20,000 nucleotides of DNA from an uncultured virus (IMG/VR IMGVR_UViG_3300013115_000259). Taxonomy: Duplodnaviria; Heunggongvirae; Uroviricota; Caudoviricetes. The DNA is taken from the IMG/VR virus record IMGVR_UViG_3300013115_000259; one strand, 5' to 3'. This document shows positions 7,921 through 16,558 of the stretch, piece after piece. The notes below the pieces were generated by a model that made no database searches, had not been told where the DNA came from, and saw only the letters and a program-made list of their open reading frames with translations. The stretch's first letter is position 1. Each line of letters opens with the position of its first letter. The position numbers and the translations under genes are program-made.

Positions 7921-9738
7921 ATGGCTGGTATTGTAGAAAGATTAACTGAAGGTATCATTAATCGTGATATGCGTGCCGAAGGTAACGCATTGTTAAATAA
8001 GTGGGAGGCTACTGGTCTTCTCGAAGGGCTTGGTTCTGATCAAAAGCGTCAGACAATGGCTCGATTGCTTGAAAATCAAGCAAAGGAACTCCTCCGTGAG
8101 AGTTCATCCATGGCAGCAGGTGATGTCGAAGGCTTCGCAGCCGTCGCGTTCCCCATCGTTCGCCGTGTTTTTGCAGGCTTGATCGCCAACGATCTCGTTA
8201 GTGTTCAGCCCATGAGTCTCCCAAGTGGACTCATTTTCTTCCTGGACTTCGTGTTCTCCCCTGACTTGGGAGCATCCGCTAGCCAGACCGACCGTTTTGG
8301 TAACTTAGTTAATAAGTCCATTTACGGTACTGATCAGGTTGGTAGCCAGATCACAGGTGGTGTAGACTTAGTCTCTTCAGACGCGTCCTCACTCTCTGGT
8401 CCGCGCAACAGTGCTCGCGGTTATGCATACGCATCTCCGTCCGCTAGTAGCGTTCAGTTCGCTGCTGGTACCGGCGTTGCTCTCAAGGATCAGTTCTACC
8501 TAGGCGGTGGCAACAGTATTACTTATGCTACTGACGCTCAGCTTAAGCTTATCGAATGGGATCCTGATCTCGTTGCGTTATCAGGCGGAAGCACTGCGTA
8601 CAAGGTAGTTGTTCTCGATCTCTTGAAGTCTACTTATACGGATGCTCAAACTGATATGGACAACTTGGCTGCATTCGAGATTAGTGGTGCCGCATGGAAC
8701 ACTTGTCTTGATGGACTCGCTAGTGATACTGCTTGTTCTTCAGTGCGTCGATTGACGACATTTGTTGCAGCAGGTAATACCGATCTGGCAACAGCAGCAG
8801 TTCGACATATTGGTATTATGACATCTGCAAGTATTGGTGGAGCAGGCTCTGCTTCTGTCGGTGCTGGACTTGGTGTACAGGTGCCAATTTATGACAATCT
8901 CACTAATGCTTCTGCATTGGGCGCGGTTGTCGGTACGACTGAATGGGGACTCGAAGGAAACGACCAAATCCCAGAGATCGACATCAAGGTCGACTCAGTG
9001 GCAGTCACCACGCAAACCAAAAAGCTCAAGGCTAAGTGGACGCCAGAGTTGGGGCAGGATCTTAATGCCTATCACAACCTTGACGCCGAAGTCGAGCTTA
9101 CCAGTATTCTTTCTGAGCAGATTGCTCTTGAAATTGACCGTGAGATTCTTGCGGATCTGGTAAATGGTGCAACCGCCAGTACGTACTACTGGGCTCGCTC
9201 ACCGGGCTTGTTCGTAGATCGTACAACTGGTACGGAGGTTGGTGCTAGCGCTGCTGCTCCAGACTTCACCGGTACCGTTAGCGAGTGGTATGAGACTCTG
9301 ATTGAGACCATCAATGATGTGTCCGCTCAGATTCATCGTAAGACTCTGCGCGGTGGAGCTAACTTCATCGTCTGCGGACCTGAAGTTGCTAATATCCTTG
9401 AGTTCACGGCTGGTTTCCGCGCAAGCGTAACCGCTGATGACGACAGGGGTACTGCTGGTGCAGTTAAGGTTGGTTCTCTTTCCAAGAAATTCGACGTTAT
9501 CGTTGATCCTTACTTCCTGCGCAACGTTGTCCTAGTAGGACGCCGAGGCTCTAGTTTCCTAGAGAGTGGATATGTATACGCACCTTATGTGCCACTACAG
9601 ACTACCCCCACGATCTTCGGCCCTGAAGACTTCGTGCCGAGAAAGGGTGTTATGACTCGTTATGCAAAGAAGATGGTTCGTCCTGATATGTATGGCTTGG
9701 TTATCATTCGCGGCTTGCTTGGTGAGTCTGGTTCCTAA
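7921..9738 (+). CDS. gp23: Major capsid protein, T4 gp23-like
   Basis: 605 aa. PIVRRVF..LIANDLVSVQPMSLPSGLIFFL, KLKAKWTPELGQDLNAYHNLDAEVELTSILSEQIALEIDREI and GYVYAPYVPL..FVPRKGVMTRY are gp23-family motifs. Perfect AAGGAGGT RBS at 7904-7911. Confidence 0.96.
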   Translation: MAGIVERLTEGIINRDMRAEGNALLNKWEATGLLEGLGSDQKRQTMARLLENQAKELLRESSSMAAGDVEGFAAVAFPIVRRVFAGLIANDLVSVQPMSLPSGLIFFLDFVFSPDLGASASQTDRFGNLVNKSIYGTDQVGSQITGGVDLVSSDASSLSGPRNSARGYAYASPSASSVQFAAGTGVALKDQFYLGGGNSITYATDAQLKLIEWDPDLVALSGGSTAYKVVVLDLLKSTYTDAQTDMDNLAAFEISGAAWNTCLDGLASDTACSSVRRLTTFVAAGNTDLATAAVRHIGIMTSASIGGAGSASVGAGLGVQVPIYDNLTNASALGAVVGTTEWGLEGNDQIPEIDIKVDSVAVTTQTKKLKAKWTPELGQDLNAYHNLDAEVELTSILSEQIALEIDREILADLVNGATASTYYWARSPGLFVDRTTGTEVGASAAAPDFTGTVSEWYETLIETINDVSAQIHRKTLRGGANFIVCGPEVANILEFTAGFRASVTADDDRGTAGAVKVGSLSKKFDVIVDPYFLRNVVLVGRRGSSFLESGYVYAPYVPLQTTPTIFGPEDFVPRKGVMTRYAKKMVRPDMYGLVIIRGLLGESGS

Positions 9739-9762
9739 TCCGAATCCTTACTTGCTATTGAT

Positions 9763-9795
9763 AAAACCCCCACCTGTTGGTGGGGGTTTTTGTTT
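9763..9795 (+). terminator. Rho-independent terminator after the MCP
   Basis: AAAACCCCCACC-tgtt-GGTGGGGGTTTT followed by TGTTT. Confidence 0.9.
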
Positions 9796-9802
9796 GTCTG
9801 GA

Positions 9803-9810
9803 ACTATTTA
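9803..9810 (+). promoter_or_regulatory. ACTATTTA box, putative late promoter
   Basis: Exact octamer just after the terminator, followed by a small GAGGC-gaaaa-GTCTC hairpin (9816-9830). Confidence 0.65.
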
Positions 9811-9870
9811 CGAACGAGGCGAAAAGTCTCACCATAATATTAAACATGATTATAAACGGAGGGTTTAAAA

Positions 9871-10458
9871 ATGGGAAAAAGAATAGGCTTGAAGAGGACT
9901 CAAGCATTAATTGAAGGCTTGAGAAGAGAGATAGAAATGAACGGCGCACAACTCACAGGAGTTAAGCAGATCAGCTATTCCGCTGTTCAAGACAGTTACG
10001 GTGTGTACGAGGCTGTGTTTGAAACTGATTTTGGTGGTTATACCGCTACGGCTACCGACAACGGTCTTCAGAAAACTGTTGCAACATTACCAGCATCAGC
10101 GCGTGTATTGGATTGTCACGTTATTTGCAGCGAAGCTTTTAGCGATGCAAACGCAAATTCAACCGATTTGGTACTTACAGCCACAACGGCCACGGCGGAT
10201 GCCGCTGTGACGGCGACATTGACAATTCTTGACGGAATCGATTTTGGTAGCGATGCCAACGGTGCCGCTGGGATGATCACTGGTGCTGGCTTCGCTAGCA
10301 CAACTGCGAGTTACGTCGGTGACGGTAGTACCGGAACGACTCTCTGCTGGATTAACAAGGGTACCGGCAACGGCACCACTGAGAAAACTAGTGGAAAGCT
10401 TGTTGTGTACATTAAATACATTGGTTCAGCCCAGGCTACGGCGAACACCGACGTTTAA
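9871..10458 (+). CDS. Hypothetical structural protein, possibly capsid decoration
   Basis: 195 aa with GGAGG RBS. Basic helical N-terminus then a T/A/G-rich beta-like domain. Lies directly after the MCP with its own box and terminator. Confidence 0.6.
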   Translation: MGKRIGLKRTQALIEGLRREIEMNGAQLTGVKQISYSAVQDSYGVYEAVFETDFGGYTATATDNGLQKTVATLPASARVLDCHVICSEAFSDANANSTDLVLTATTATADAAVTATLTILDGIDFGSDANGAAGMITGAGFASTTASYVGDGSTGTTLCWINKGTGNGTTEKTSGKLVVYIKYIGSAQATANTDV

Positions 10459-10484
10459 AGTACGTAAAATTTAAATAAAAATTT

Positions 10485-10513
10485 CCCCCCTCTTCGGGGG
10501 GGGTTTTCTTTTT
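10485..10513 (+). terminator. Rho-independent terminator with cUUCGg tetraloop
   Basis: CCCCCCTC-TTCG-GGGGGGG followed by TTTTCTTTTT. Confidence 0.9.
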
Positions 10514-10525
10514 GTTAATTTGTAT

Positions 10526-10533
10526 ACTATTTA
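10526..10533 (+). promoter_or_regulatory. ACTATTTA box, putative late promoter
   Basis: Exact octamer after the terminator, upstream of ATG 10567. Confidence 0.65.
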
Positions 10534-10566
10534 TAACATGTATTCACATAATAAGGAGAAAATGCA

Positions 10567-10773
10567 ATGAACCCAAGAAGAAGATTATGGCTGAAAAACC
10601 TCCATAAAGAAAAAAAAACGACGGTAGAAACTGCTGTTGCGCCCACTCCCCCTGTTACCGCACCTAAGACTACGAGTACTGTGGCGCCTGCTGCTCCTAA
10701 AAAAGTGGTAAAAAAAGCTGCTCCCGCCAAAAAGCCTCTTAAGAAAGAGAAGAAGAAAAGTTCTAAGAAGTAA
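10567..10773 (+). CDS. Small Lys/Ala/Pro/Thr-rich basic protein (histone-H1-tail-like composition)
   Basis: 68 aa with AAGGAG RBS. APKKVVKKAAPAKKPLKKEKKKSSKK. Flanked by its own box and terminator. Confidence 0.7.
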   Translation: MNPRRRLWLKNLHKEKKTTVETAVAPTPPVTAPKTTSTVAPAAPKKVVKKAAPAKKPLKKEKKKSSKK

Positions 10774-10795
10774 TTTCTTTTCACTTATTGAAACA

Positions 10796-10824
10796 GCCCC
10801 TAGGATGTCTAGGGGTTTTGTTTT
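10796..10824 (+). terminator. Rho-independent terminator
   Basis: GCCCCTAG-gatgt-CTAGGGGT followed by TTTGTTTT. Confidence 0.85.
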
Positions 10825-10831
10825 ATGAACT

Positions 10832-10839
10832 ACTATTTA
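10832..10839 (+). promoter_or_regulatory. ACTATTTA box, putative late promoter
   Basis: Exact octamer after the terminator, upstream of ATG 10869. Confidence 0.65.
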
Positions 10840-10868
10840 TTTAATGAACGTTCAAGGAACCTTTAATA

Positions 10869-12140
10869 ATGCCCACTGATTTATCTCCCAGGTCTACGCA
10901 GAGTGCCGTAATCTTAACATCTACGGGCTCTGCTGCTCTCGTAGCCGCAGCTGTTCCTTTTGGGATTTATACCGGCTCTAGTGATTTTTTGAGCGGAGCC
11001 GCTCTGCAAGTAAACTATGTTTATAAAAAACTAGGAGGGGATGTAGTTGATATTGAGCTAACCCCTGCTAATGTTTATGCAGCTTATGAAGAAGCTGTGT
11101 TGGAATATTCATATATTTTCAATCTTCATCATGGAAAAAACACGCTCTCTAGTGTTCTTGGTGCAACCACTGGAACCTTTGATCACAAAGGGGACAGATT
11201 GACGGGCCCCACTGGGGTGAATTTAAAGTTTCCTCGTTATCAATTTACATATGCGATGACAGTTGGTGATGGATTGGCTGCAGCAGCAGGCTTTGGAGGA
11301 ACTATTCCAGAGTACTCTGCTTCATTCAAGCCTAGAACTAATGTGCAGGATTATAATATTCAGAACATCATTTCAAGTTCTTCAGCATCCGGAGTGGATG
11401 ATGGAGGCAGTGCAGTGGCGTATGCCGGAAAAGTTGAAGACAACCGGGTGTTCATCACAAAAGTTTTTTATAAGTCTCCACGGGCTATGTGGCGCTTCTA
11501 TGGGTATTATGGAGGTATAGGAGTGGTAGGCAATTATTCCACCTATGGACAATTTGCCGATGATGCCACATTTGAAATTATTCCCACTTGGCAAAATAAA
11601 CTACAAGCCATTATGTACGAGGATTCTATAGTAACCCGAACTTCTAATTATTCCTATGAATTAATAAATAATAAATTGAGGCTGTTTCCTAATCCAAGCG
11701 ATTGGGCTTTTAAAGACGCAGATAGGATATGGGTTAAATTTTATATTAAGACTGATGCATGGGAAGAAGATGATAACTATAAAACAGGCAGAGAAGGTGT
11801 AAATAATGTTAACACCATTCCTTTAGACAATATTCCCTATACTAATATTAATGCAATAGGCAAACAGTGGATTCGAAAATATGCCCTGGCAGTATGTAAA
11901 GAAATGTTAGGACAAATTAGGGGTAAATTTACAACGATTCCCATTCCCGGAGAAAGTGTAACTTTGAATCATTCGGAATTGCTAGCCCAAGCGAAAGAAG
12001 AGCAAACAACACTTAGGGATAAATTAATGGAAATGTTGAAAGAAATGGAATATGCAGAATTGGCGAAGAGAGATGCAGAGATCACCGATGCCACTACCAA
12101 TACTTTAAAGAACTCGCCATTACCAATTTTTGTAGGATAA
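10869..12140 (+). CDS. Neck protein / head-tail adaptor (T4 gp13-like)
   Basis: 423 aa. KLGGDVVDIELT..NVYAAYEEAV near the N-terminus and WIRKYALAVCKEMLGQIRGKF..IPIPG..VTLN..ELLAQAKEE near the C-terminus match the gp13 pattern. Gene order fits. Confidence 0.8.
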   Translation: MPTDLSPRSTQSAVILTSTGSAALVAAAVPFGIYTGSSDFLSGAALQVNYVYKKLGGDVVDIELTPANVYAAYEEAVLEYSYIFNLHHGKNTLSSVLGATTGTFDHKGDRLTGPTGVNLKFPRYQFTYAMTVGDGLAAAAGFGGTIPEYSASFKPRTNVQDYNIQNIISSSSASGVDDGGSAVAYAGKVEDNRVFITKVFYKSPRAMWRFYGYYGGIGVVGNYSTYGQFADDATFEIIPTWQNKLQAIMYEDSIVTRTSNYSYELINNKLRLFPNPSDWAFKDADRIWVKFYIKTDAWEEDDNYKTGREGVNNVNTIPLDNIPYTNINAIGKQWIRKYALAVCKEMLGQIRGKFTTIPIPGESVTLNHSELLAQAKEEQTTLRDKLMEMLKEMEYAELAKRDAEITDATTNTLKNSPLPIFVG

Positions 12141-12147
12141 GTAGAGT

Positions 12148-12636
12148 ATGTCTAATGAATGGAAACGCCCAGCACAGCCGCCCCCTCCGCTTTTTCTAGG
12201 TAAAAAAGAAAGAGATCTTGTCAAACAAGTTAATGACGAGCTTATCGAAAAGGTAATCGGTCAACAACTTCTTTATTATTCTATTGATTTAGAAACTACA
12301 GATTTTCATGAATTATATGGCGAAGCGATTGTTAAAACTTATTTGCCTCCCGTCCGTGTATACGCCCTTATTGAATTTACCGAGTTTTCTACTCAATATA
12401 TGGAAGACGGTGGCGTTGACAAAACTTGGGAAATTAATGTACATTTTCATAAAAGACGATTAGAAGAAGATCAGAACATGTATGTAAGAGAAGGGGACTT
12501 TGTACTTTATAATGATTATTATTATGAGATTGTAAAACTTACTGAGCCCAAATTATTGTTTGGACAAGCAAACAGGGAATTTGAAATTTCGGCACTATGT
12601 AAGAGAGCACGTAAGGGATTGTTCGATGCTACCTGA
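12148..12636 (+). CDS. Neck/head-closure protein (T4 gp14-like)
   Basis: 162 aa with LYGE and REGDFV..YYEI motifs, following the gp13-like gene. Confidence 0.65.
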   Translation: MSNEWKRPAQPPPPLFLGKKERDLVKQVNDELIEKVIGQQLLYYSIDLETTDFHELYGEAIVKTYLPPVRVYALIEFTEFSTQYMEDGGVDKTWEINVHFHKRRLEEDQNMYVREGDFVLYNDYYYEIVKLTEPKLLFGQANREFEISALCKRARKGLFDAT

Positions 12637-13501
12637 TAACTTTGATTTTGCCCAACTGCCTCCCGGAACTTATAACTTGCGGGAAATAGGGATGCTGGAG
12701 TCTACTATTGAGACGATAGATATGGCATTGGTGTCCTGGGTAAAGAAAGATTTAAATTTGAGCGCTCGATCCAATGAAGGCTTTAAGGAGGTGCCGGTTT
12801 TATGGCAAGCTCCAGAAAGGGCGTATCAAGTGAAACACAATAAAGATTTAAGAGACGATGCTGGAGCACTTAAGCTTCCTTTAATTTCCGTAAACAGAAC
12901 GGGCATTACTAAAGATCCCGCAAAAAAAGGCGCCTTTCAAGCCAATTATTATTCTAAAAACCGTAATGGGAGAGCAGGACGCTGGGTTATTGCTAAACGG
13001 ATTGTGGAAGACAAAACTCGAAACTATGCAGTGGTGGGAAATACCCGCAATGAGAACTTTACTTCCGGAACTGATCAAAGATATTACCCTCGTGTAAACA
13101 AAAAGATTGTTATTCAGAGTTTGTCTATTCCTATTCCGGTATATGTTAATGTAGAGTACAAGATTTTTATTAAAACGGAATATCAACAACAAATGAACGA
13201 TCTCTTAGCTCCGTTTTTAGCACGCACTGGTCAAATTAATGCTTTTGTAATGAAGCGAAACGGCCATTTATATGAAGCATTCATTGATCAAGGGTTTTCT
13301 CACAATAACAACGTGAACAATCTTGGGGAAGATATGAGGATGTTCAATTCCGAGATTACAATTAGAGTATTGGGATATTTAATTGGCGAAGGCGAAAATG
13401 ATGATAGGCCTATCGTGAGAATAGATGAAAATACAGTGGAATTAACGTTTCCTTCCGAAGGCCCAGTTCCTGAAGGTAATCCCGACTTTTTTCTTCCATA
13501 A
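12626..13501 (+). CDS. Tail completion/terminator protein (T4 gp15-like), 291 aa
   Basis: Start moved from TTG 12560 to ATG 12626 (AAGGG upstream, short overlap with the previous stop). VPVLW..PER, LPLISV.R and IPVYVNVEYKIFIKTEYQQQMNDL resemble gp15. Lies directly before the sheath gene. Confidence 0.65.
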   Translation: MLPDNFDFAQLPPGTYNLREIGMLESTIETIDMALVSWVKKDLNLSARSNEGFKEVPVLWQAPERAYQVKHNKDLRDDAGALKLPLISVNRTGITKDPAKKGAFQANYYSKNRNGRAGRWVIAKRIVEDKTRNYAVVGNTRNENFTSGTDQRYYPRVNKKIVIQSLSIPIPVYVNVEYKIFIKTEYQQQMNDLLAPFLARTGQINAFVMKRNGHLYEAFIDQGFSHNNNVNNLGEDMRMFNSEITIRVLGYLIGEGENDDRPIVRIDENTVELTFPSEGPVPEGNPDFFLP

Positions 13502-13525
13502 AGAAAGCGTTTTGAGATCAAAAAT

Positions 13526-13533
13526 ACTATTTA
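13526..13533 (+). promoter_or_regulatory. ACTATTTA box, putative late promoter for the sheath gene
   Basis: Exact octamer in the intergenic gap, followed by a small AATGAT-tgcact-ATCATT hairpin (13537-13554). Confidence 0.65.
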
Positions 13534-13585
13534 ATTAATGATTGCACTATCATTTACATGATTTTAATAATGAGGAACCCACAAT

Positions 13586-16495
13586 ATGTCAGTTAAAAGT
13601 TTTAAGTTTGTATCTCCTGGGGTGTTTATCAATGAGATTGATAACTCCTTTATTCCAAAGTCTGCCGATACTATCGGCCCCGTCGTTGTCGGGCGCGCAT
13701 CTCGCGGCTTAGGCATGAAGCCTGTTAAGGTAGAATCTTATTCTGATTTCGTTACAATGTTTGGCGAAACAGTTCCTGGGAATGCCGGCGGTGATATTTC
13801 ACGCTATGGTAATTACCAGTCTCCAATGTATGGAACGTATGCCGCTAAGGCTTTTTTGAGAGCAAATGTAGCACCTTTGACATATGTACGTTTATTGGGA
13901 ACTCAAAACACCGATGCCACAACTGCTGGATATGCAGGCTGGGAGACGGAAAAAGATCCTGCCTCCACCATTGCTGAAAACGGAGGAGCTTATGGGCTCT
14001 TTATGTTCCCAAGTGCATCCGTGGTTTCTACTTCTTCAGTGGGCACTGGCTCATTAGCTGCCATTTGGTACCTTGATCAGTCTGCCTCCATTCAATTAAG
14101 TGGAACAATTTACAACAAAGCTGAAGGCGCCGGCACTGCTGATAATCGTACTGCGGGTATAGCTAAAGTATTATCGACTGATGCAAACAACCTTTTTACA
14201 GTAATACTCTCCAGTTCGGCTGCAGGTTCTGAACAGAAGATTAAATTCGGTTGGGACGACTCTGCTGAAACTTTCATTCGTGAACGTTTTAATACTAATC
14301 CTCAGCTAGTGTCAACGGCAGGGGCTTTTTACCCCAGTTCTGCACAGCAGCGTTATTGGCTTGGCGCTACTTTCGAGCAAGAAGTACGAGATAGAAGCAT
14401 GGTAGGTGCAGCAGCATATGGTGTTATTCTTCCCATCGCTCAACATACGACTGCCACCAAGGGCCCACATGCCCTGAGACAGTCAACTCGCGAAGCTGTT
14501 GCTGGATGGTTTATTGGACAAGATTTGAGTGGCGTTACTGGAAGCTATGCTCCCGCTGCCATGCAAAAACTATTCCGTCTGAAGGGAAGAGGACACGGTC
14601 AATGGCTTGATCGAAATGTTAAAGTTAGCATTGAAAAGCTCAGAGCATCGACAACTACTCTTAATAACTATGGAACGTTCTCGGTAGTTCTTCGCGACTT
14701 AAACGATAGTGACAACAAACAAGTTGTTTTGGAGCGTTTTGATAACTTGACTTTAGATCCTACGAGCCCTAACTATGTTGCGCGCAAGATCGGAGACAAA
14801 TATGAGGAATGGAGTTCGACTGAACGCCGATTGAAAGAATACGGCGATTATGATAACAAGTCTAAATTTGTCTACGTGTCGATGAACGATACAGTTGATG
14901 CCGGCGGAACTGACGAAGCTCTGTTGCCGTTTGGCTACTTTGGACCTCCTAAATATAATGATGCAACCCGAATCACGGGCAGTTTCTCCGATACGGTGAT
15001 TAACAATACCTTCATTTTCTCAGGTTCTAACCTCTTAAACGCCAACATGAACGCGATTTTAAGTGGAAACTACCAAGGTGATGGCGGTGCCGGTTTCCTA
15101 ACAGGATCGCTAACAGGATCGTTGAAGTTCCCACATGTTCGTTTGCGCGCATCTGCCTCCGATGGCGGATTAAGCGATCCAACACGAGCATGTTTTGGTA
15201 TGCAGACTACCCGAGAAGCAAACGGAACTACAGCCGATGCTAGCGTAGCTGATTACCATAAACTACTTTTTGCTGATTTCCCGGATGATCCTACGACATA
15301 TGGTTCGCAGGCACCTACTCAGCTTTCCGGCGCTCTCGCATGGGGGTATATCTTCTCGATGGATGACATTGGAACATCTTCAGCGAACGTATACCATTAT
15401 GTCTCAGGCGCCCGCAAGGCAGGTACTAGCGTGGGAAGTTATACTACTCTTTTGAATGCAGGATATGATAGTTTCACTGCCCCCTTCTGGGGAGCATATG
15501 ACGGTTTTGATATCAAGCTGCCGGATCCTCTATATAATGGCGGAATGACTGCGGGAACGAGTACTGAGCTTAATAGTGCTCCATACAACACCTACAAGCA
15601 AGCTCTTGATAGTGTTGCGGATCCTGAAGCAGTAGATATGAACTTGCTCGTTACTCCGGGTCTAACGTTTGATGCACTGACTGCGCATATGGTTAATGTA
15701 TGTGAAGAGCGTGCAGATTCCTTGGCTCTGATTGATTTGGCAAATGTTTACATCCCATCTTCAGAGGCATATTATTCTGATAAATCATCTAGAATTGGGA
15801 CAACCCCCACCAATGCATCTACTGCTCTTCGCGACAGGCGTATAGATTCCAGTTACGGCTGTACTTTCTATCCATGGGTACAAACCCGTGATGAAGCTAC
15901 TGGCCGACTATTGTGGGTTCCGCCCAGTGTCGCTATGATGGGTGTTCTTGCCTCTTCTGAGGCTAAAACCGAAATTTGGTTTGCACCCGCAGGATTTAAT
16001 CGTGGTGGTTTGAGTGAGGGTGCCGCTGGCATCCCCGTCACCGGTGTGACTGAGAAGCTGACATCTAAACAAAGAGATACGCTTTACGAGTCTAACATCA
16101 ACCCCATTGCCTCCTTCCCCTCCACAGGAATAGTTGTCTTCGGACAAAAAACACTACAAGAGCGTCAATCTGCTCTTGACAGAATTAATGTAAGACGATT
16201 GGTTATCTACTTGAAGAAGCAGATTTCGATTCTGGCAACACAGATTCTGTTTGAACAGAACGTTCAGGCTACGTGGAATCGGTTCAAGTCACTTGTTGAG
16301 CCGTTCCTTGCGAATGTTAAAACCCGATTTGGTATAACGGACTATAAGTTGATTCTAGATGAATCTACTACGACTCCCGACTTAATTGATCAAAACATTC
16401 TGTACGCCAAAATTATGATTAAACCGGCACGTGCTATCGAATTCATCGCAATTGACTTCGTGGTTATGTCAACCGGCGCATCATTTGAAGATTAA
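13586..16495 (+). CDS. gp18: Contractile tail sheath protein
   Basis: 969 aa. N-terminal FVSPGVFINEID and C-terminal WFAPAGFNRG, LYESNINPI, VVFGQKTLQ..SALDRINVRRL, FEQN and IKPARAIEFIAIDF are sheath signatures. Confidence 0.96.
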   Translation: MSVKSFKFVSPGVFINEIDNSFIPKSADTIGPVVVGRASRGLGMKPVKVESYSDFVTMFGETVPGNAGGDISRYGNYQSPMYGTYAAKAFLRANVAPLTYVRLLGTQNTDATTAGYAGWETEKDPASTIAENGGAYGLFMFPSASVVSTSSVGTGSLAAIWYLDQSASIQLSGTIYNKAEGAGTADNRTAGIAKVLSTDANNLFTVILSSSAAGSEQKIKFGWDDSAETFIRERFNTNPQLVSTAGAFYPSSAQQRYWLGATFEQEVRDRSMVGAAAYGVILPIAQHTTATKGPHALRQSTREAVAGWFIGQDLSGVTGSYAPAAMQKLFRLKGRGHGQWLDRNVKVSIEKLRASTTTLNNYGTFSVVLRDLNDSDNKQVVLERFDNLTLDPTSPNYVARKIGDKYEEWSSTERRLKEYGDYDNKSKFVYVSMNDTVDAGGTDEALLPFGYFGPPKYNDATRITGSFSDTVINNTFIFSGSNLLNANMNAILSGNYQGDGGAGFLTGSLTGSLKFPHVRLRASASDGGLSDPTRACFGMQTTREANGTTADASVADYHKLLFADFPDDPTTYGSQAPTQLSGALAWGYIFSMDDIGTSSANVYHYVSGARKAGTSVGSYTTLLNAGYDSFTAPFWGAYDGFDIKLPDPLYNGGMTAGTSTELNSAPYNTYKQALDSVADPEAVDMNLLVTPGLTFDALTAHMVNVCEERADSLALIDLANVYIPSSEAYYSDKSSRIGTTPTNASTALRDRRIDSSYGCTFYPWVQTRDEATGRLLWVPPSVAMMGVLASSEAKTEIWFAPAGFNRGGLSEGAAGIPVTGVTEKLTSKQRDTLYESNINPIASFPSTGIVVFGQKTLQERQSALDRINVRRLVIYLKKQISILATQILFEQNVQATWNRFKSLVEPFLANVKTRFGITDYKLILDESTTTPDLIDQNILYAKIMIKPARAIEFIAIDFVVMSTGASFED

Positions 16496-16523
16496 AAAGG
16501 ATGGGGGATTTTTCCCCCACCAC

Positions 16524-16531
16524 ACTAATTA
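16524..16531 (+). promoter_or_regulatory. ACTAATTA, variant of the putative late promoter box for the tail tube gene
   Basis: 7/8 match, right after a GC hairpin (16502-16519) and upstream of the TAGGAG RBS. Confidence 0.5.
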
Positions 16532-16558
16532 AAAATAGATTATAGGAGTCCCTAAAAA

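Noticed and set aside
12560..12625. ORF-track TTG start of the gp15-like gene
   Set aside because: It would overlap the previous gene by 77 nt. ATG 12626 is more plausible.
15098..15121. Perfect 12-bp duplication CTAACAGGATCG x2 (LTGSLTGS) in the sheath gene
   Set aside because: An in-frame micro-duplication in a probable loop, with no sign of function.
8834..15455. Alternative-frame + strand ORFs nested in genes (8834..9163, 9662..9868, 10001..10210, 10283..10474, 11263..11520, 15270..15455)
   Set aside because: They are short, overlap stronger genes, and show no convincing RBS or motif.
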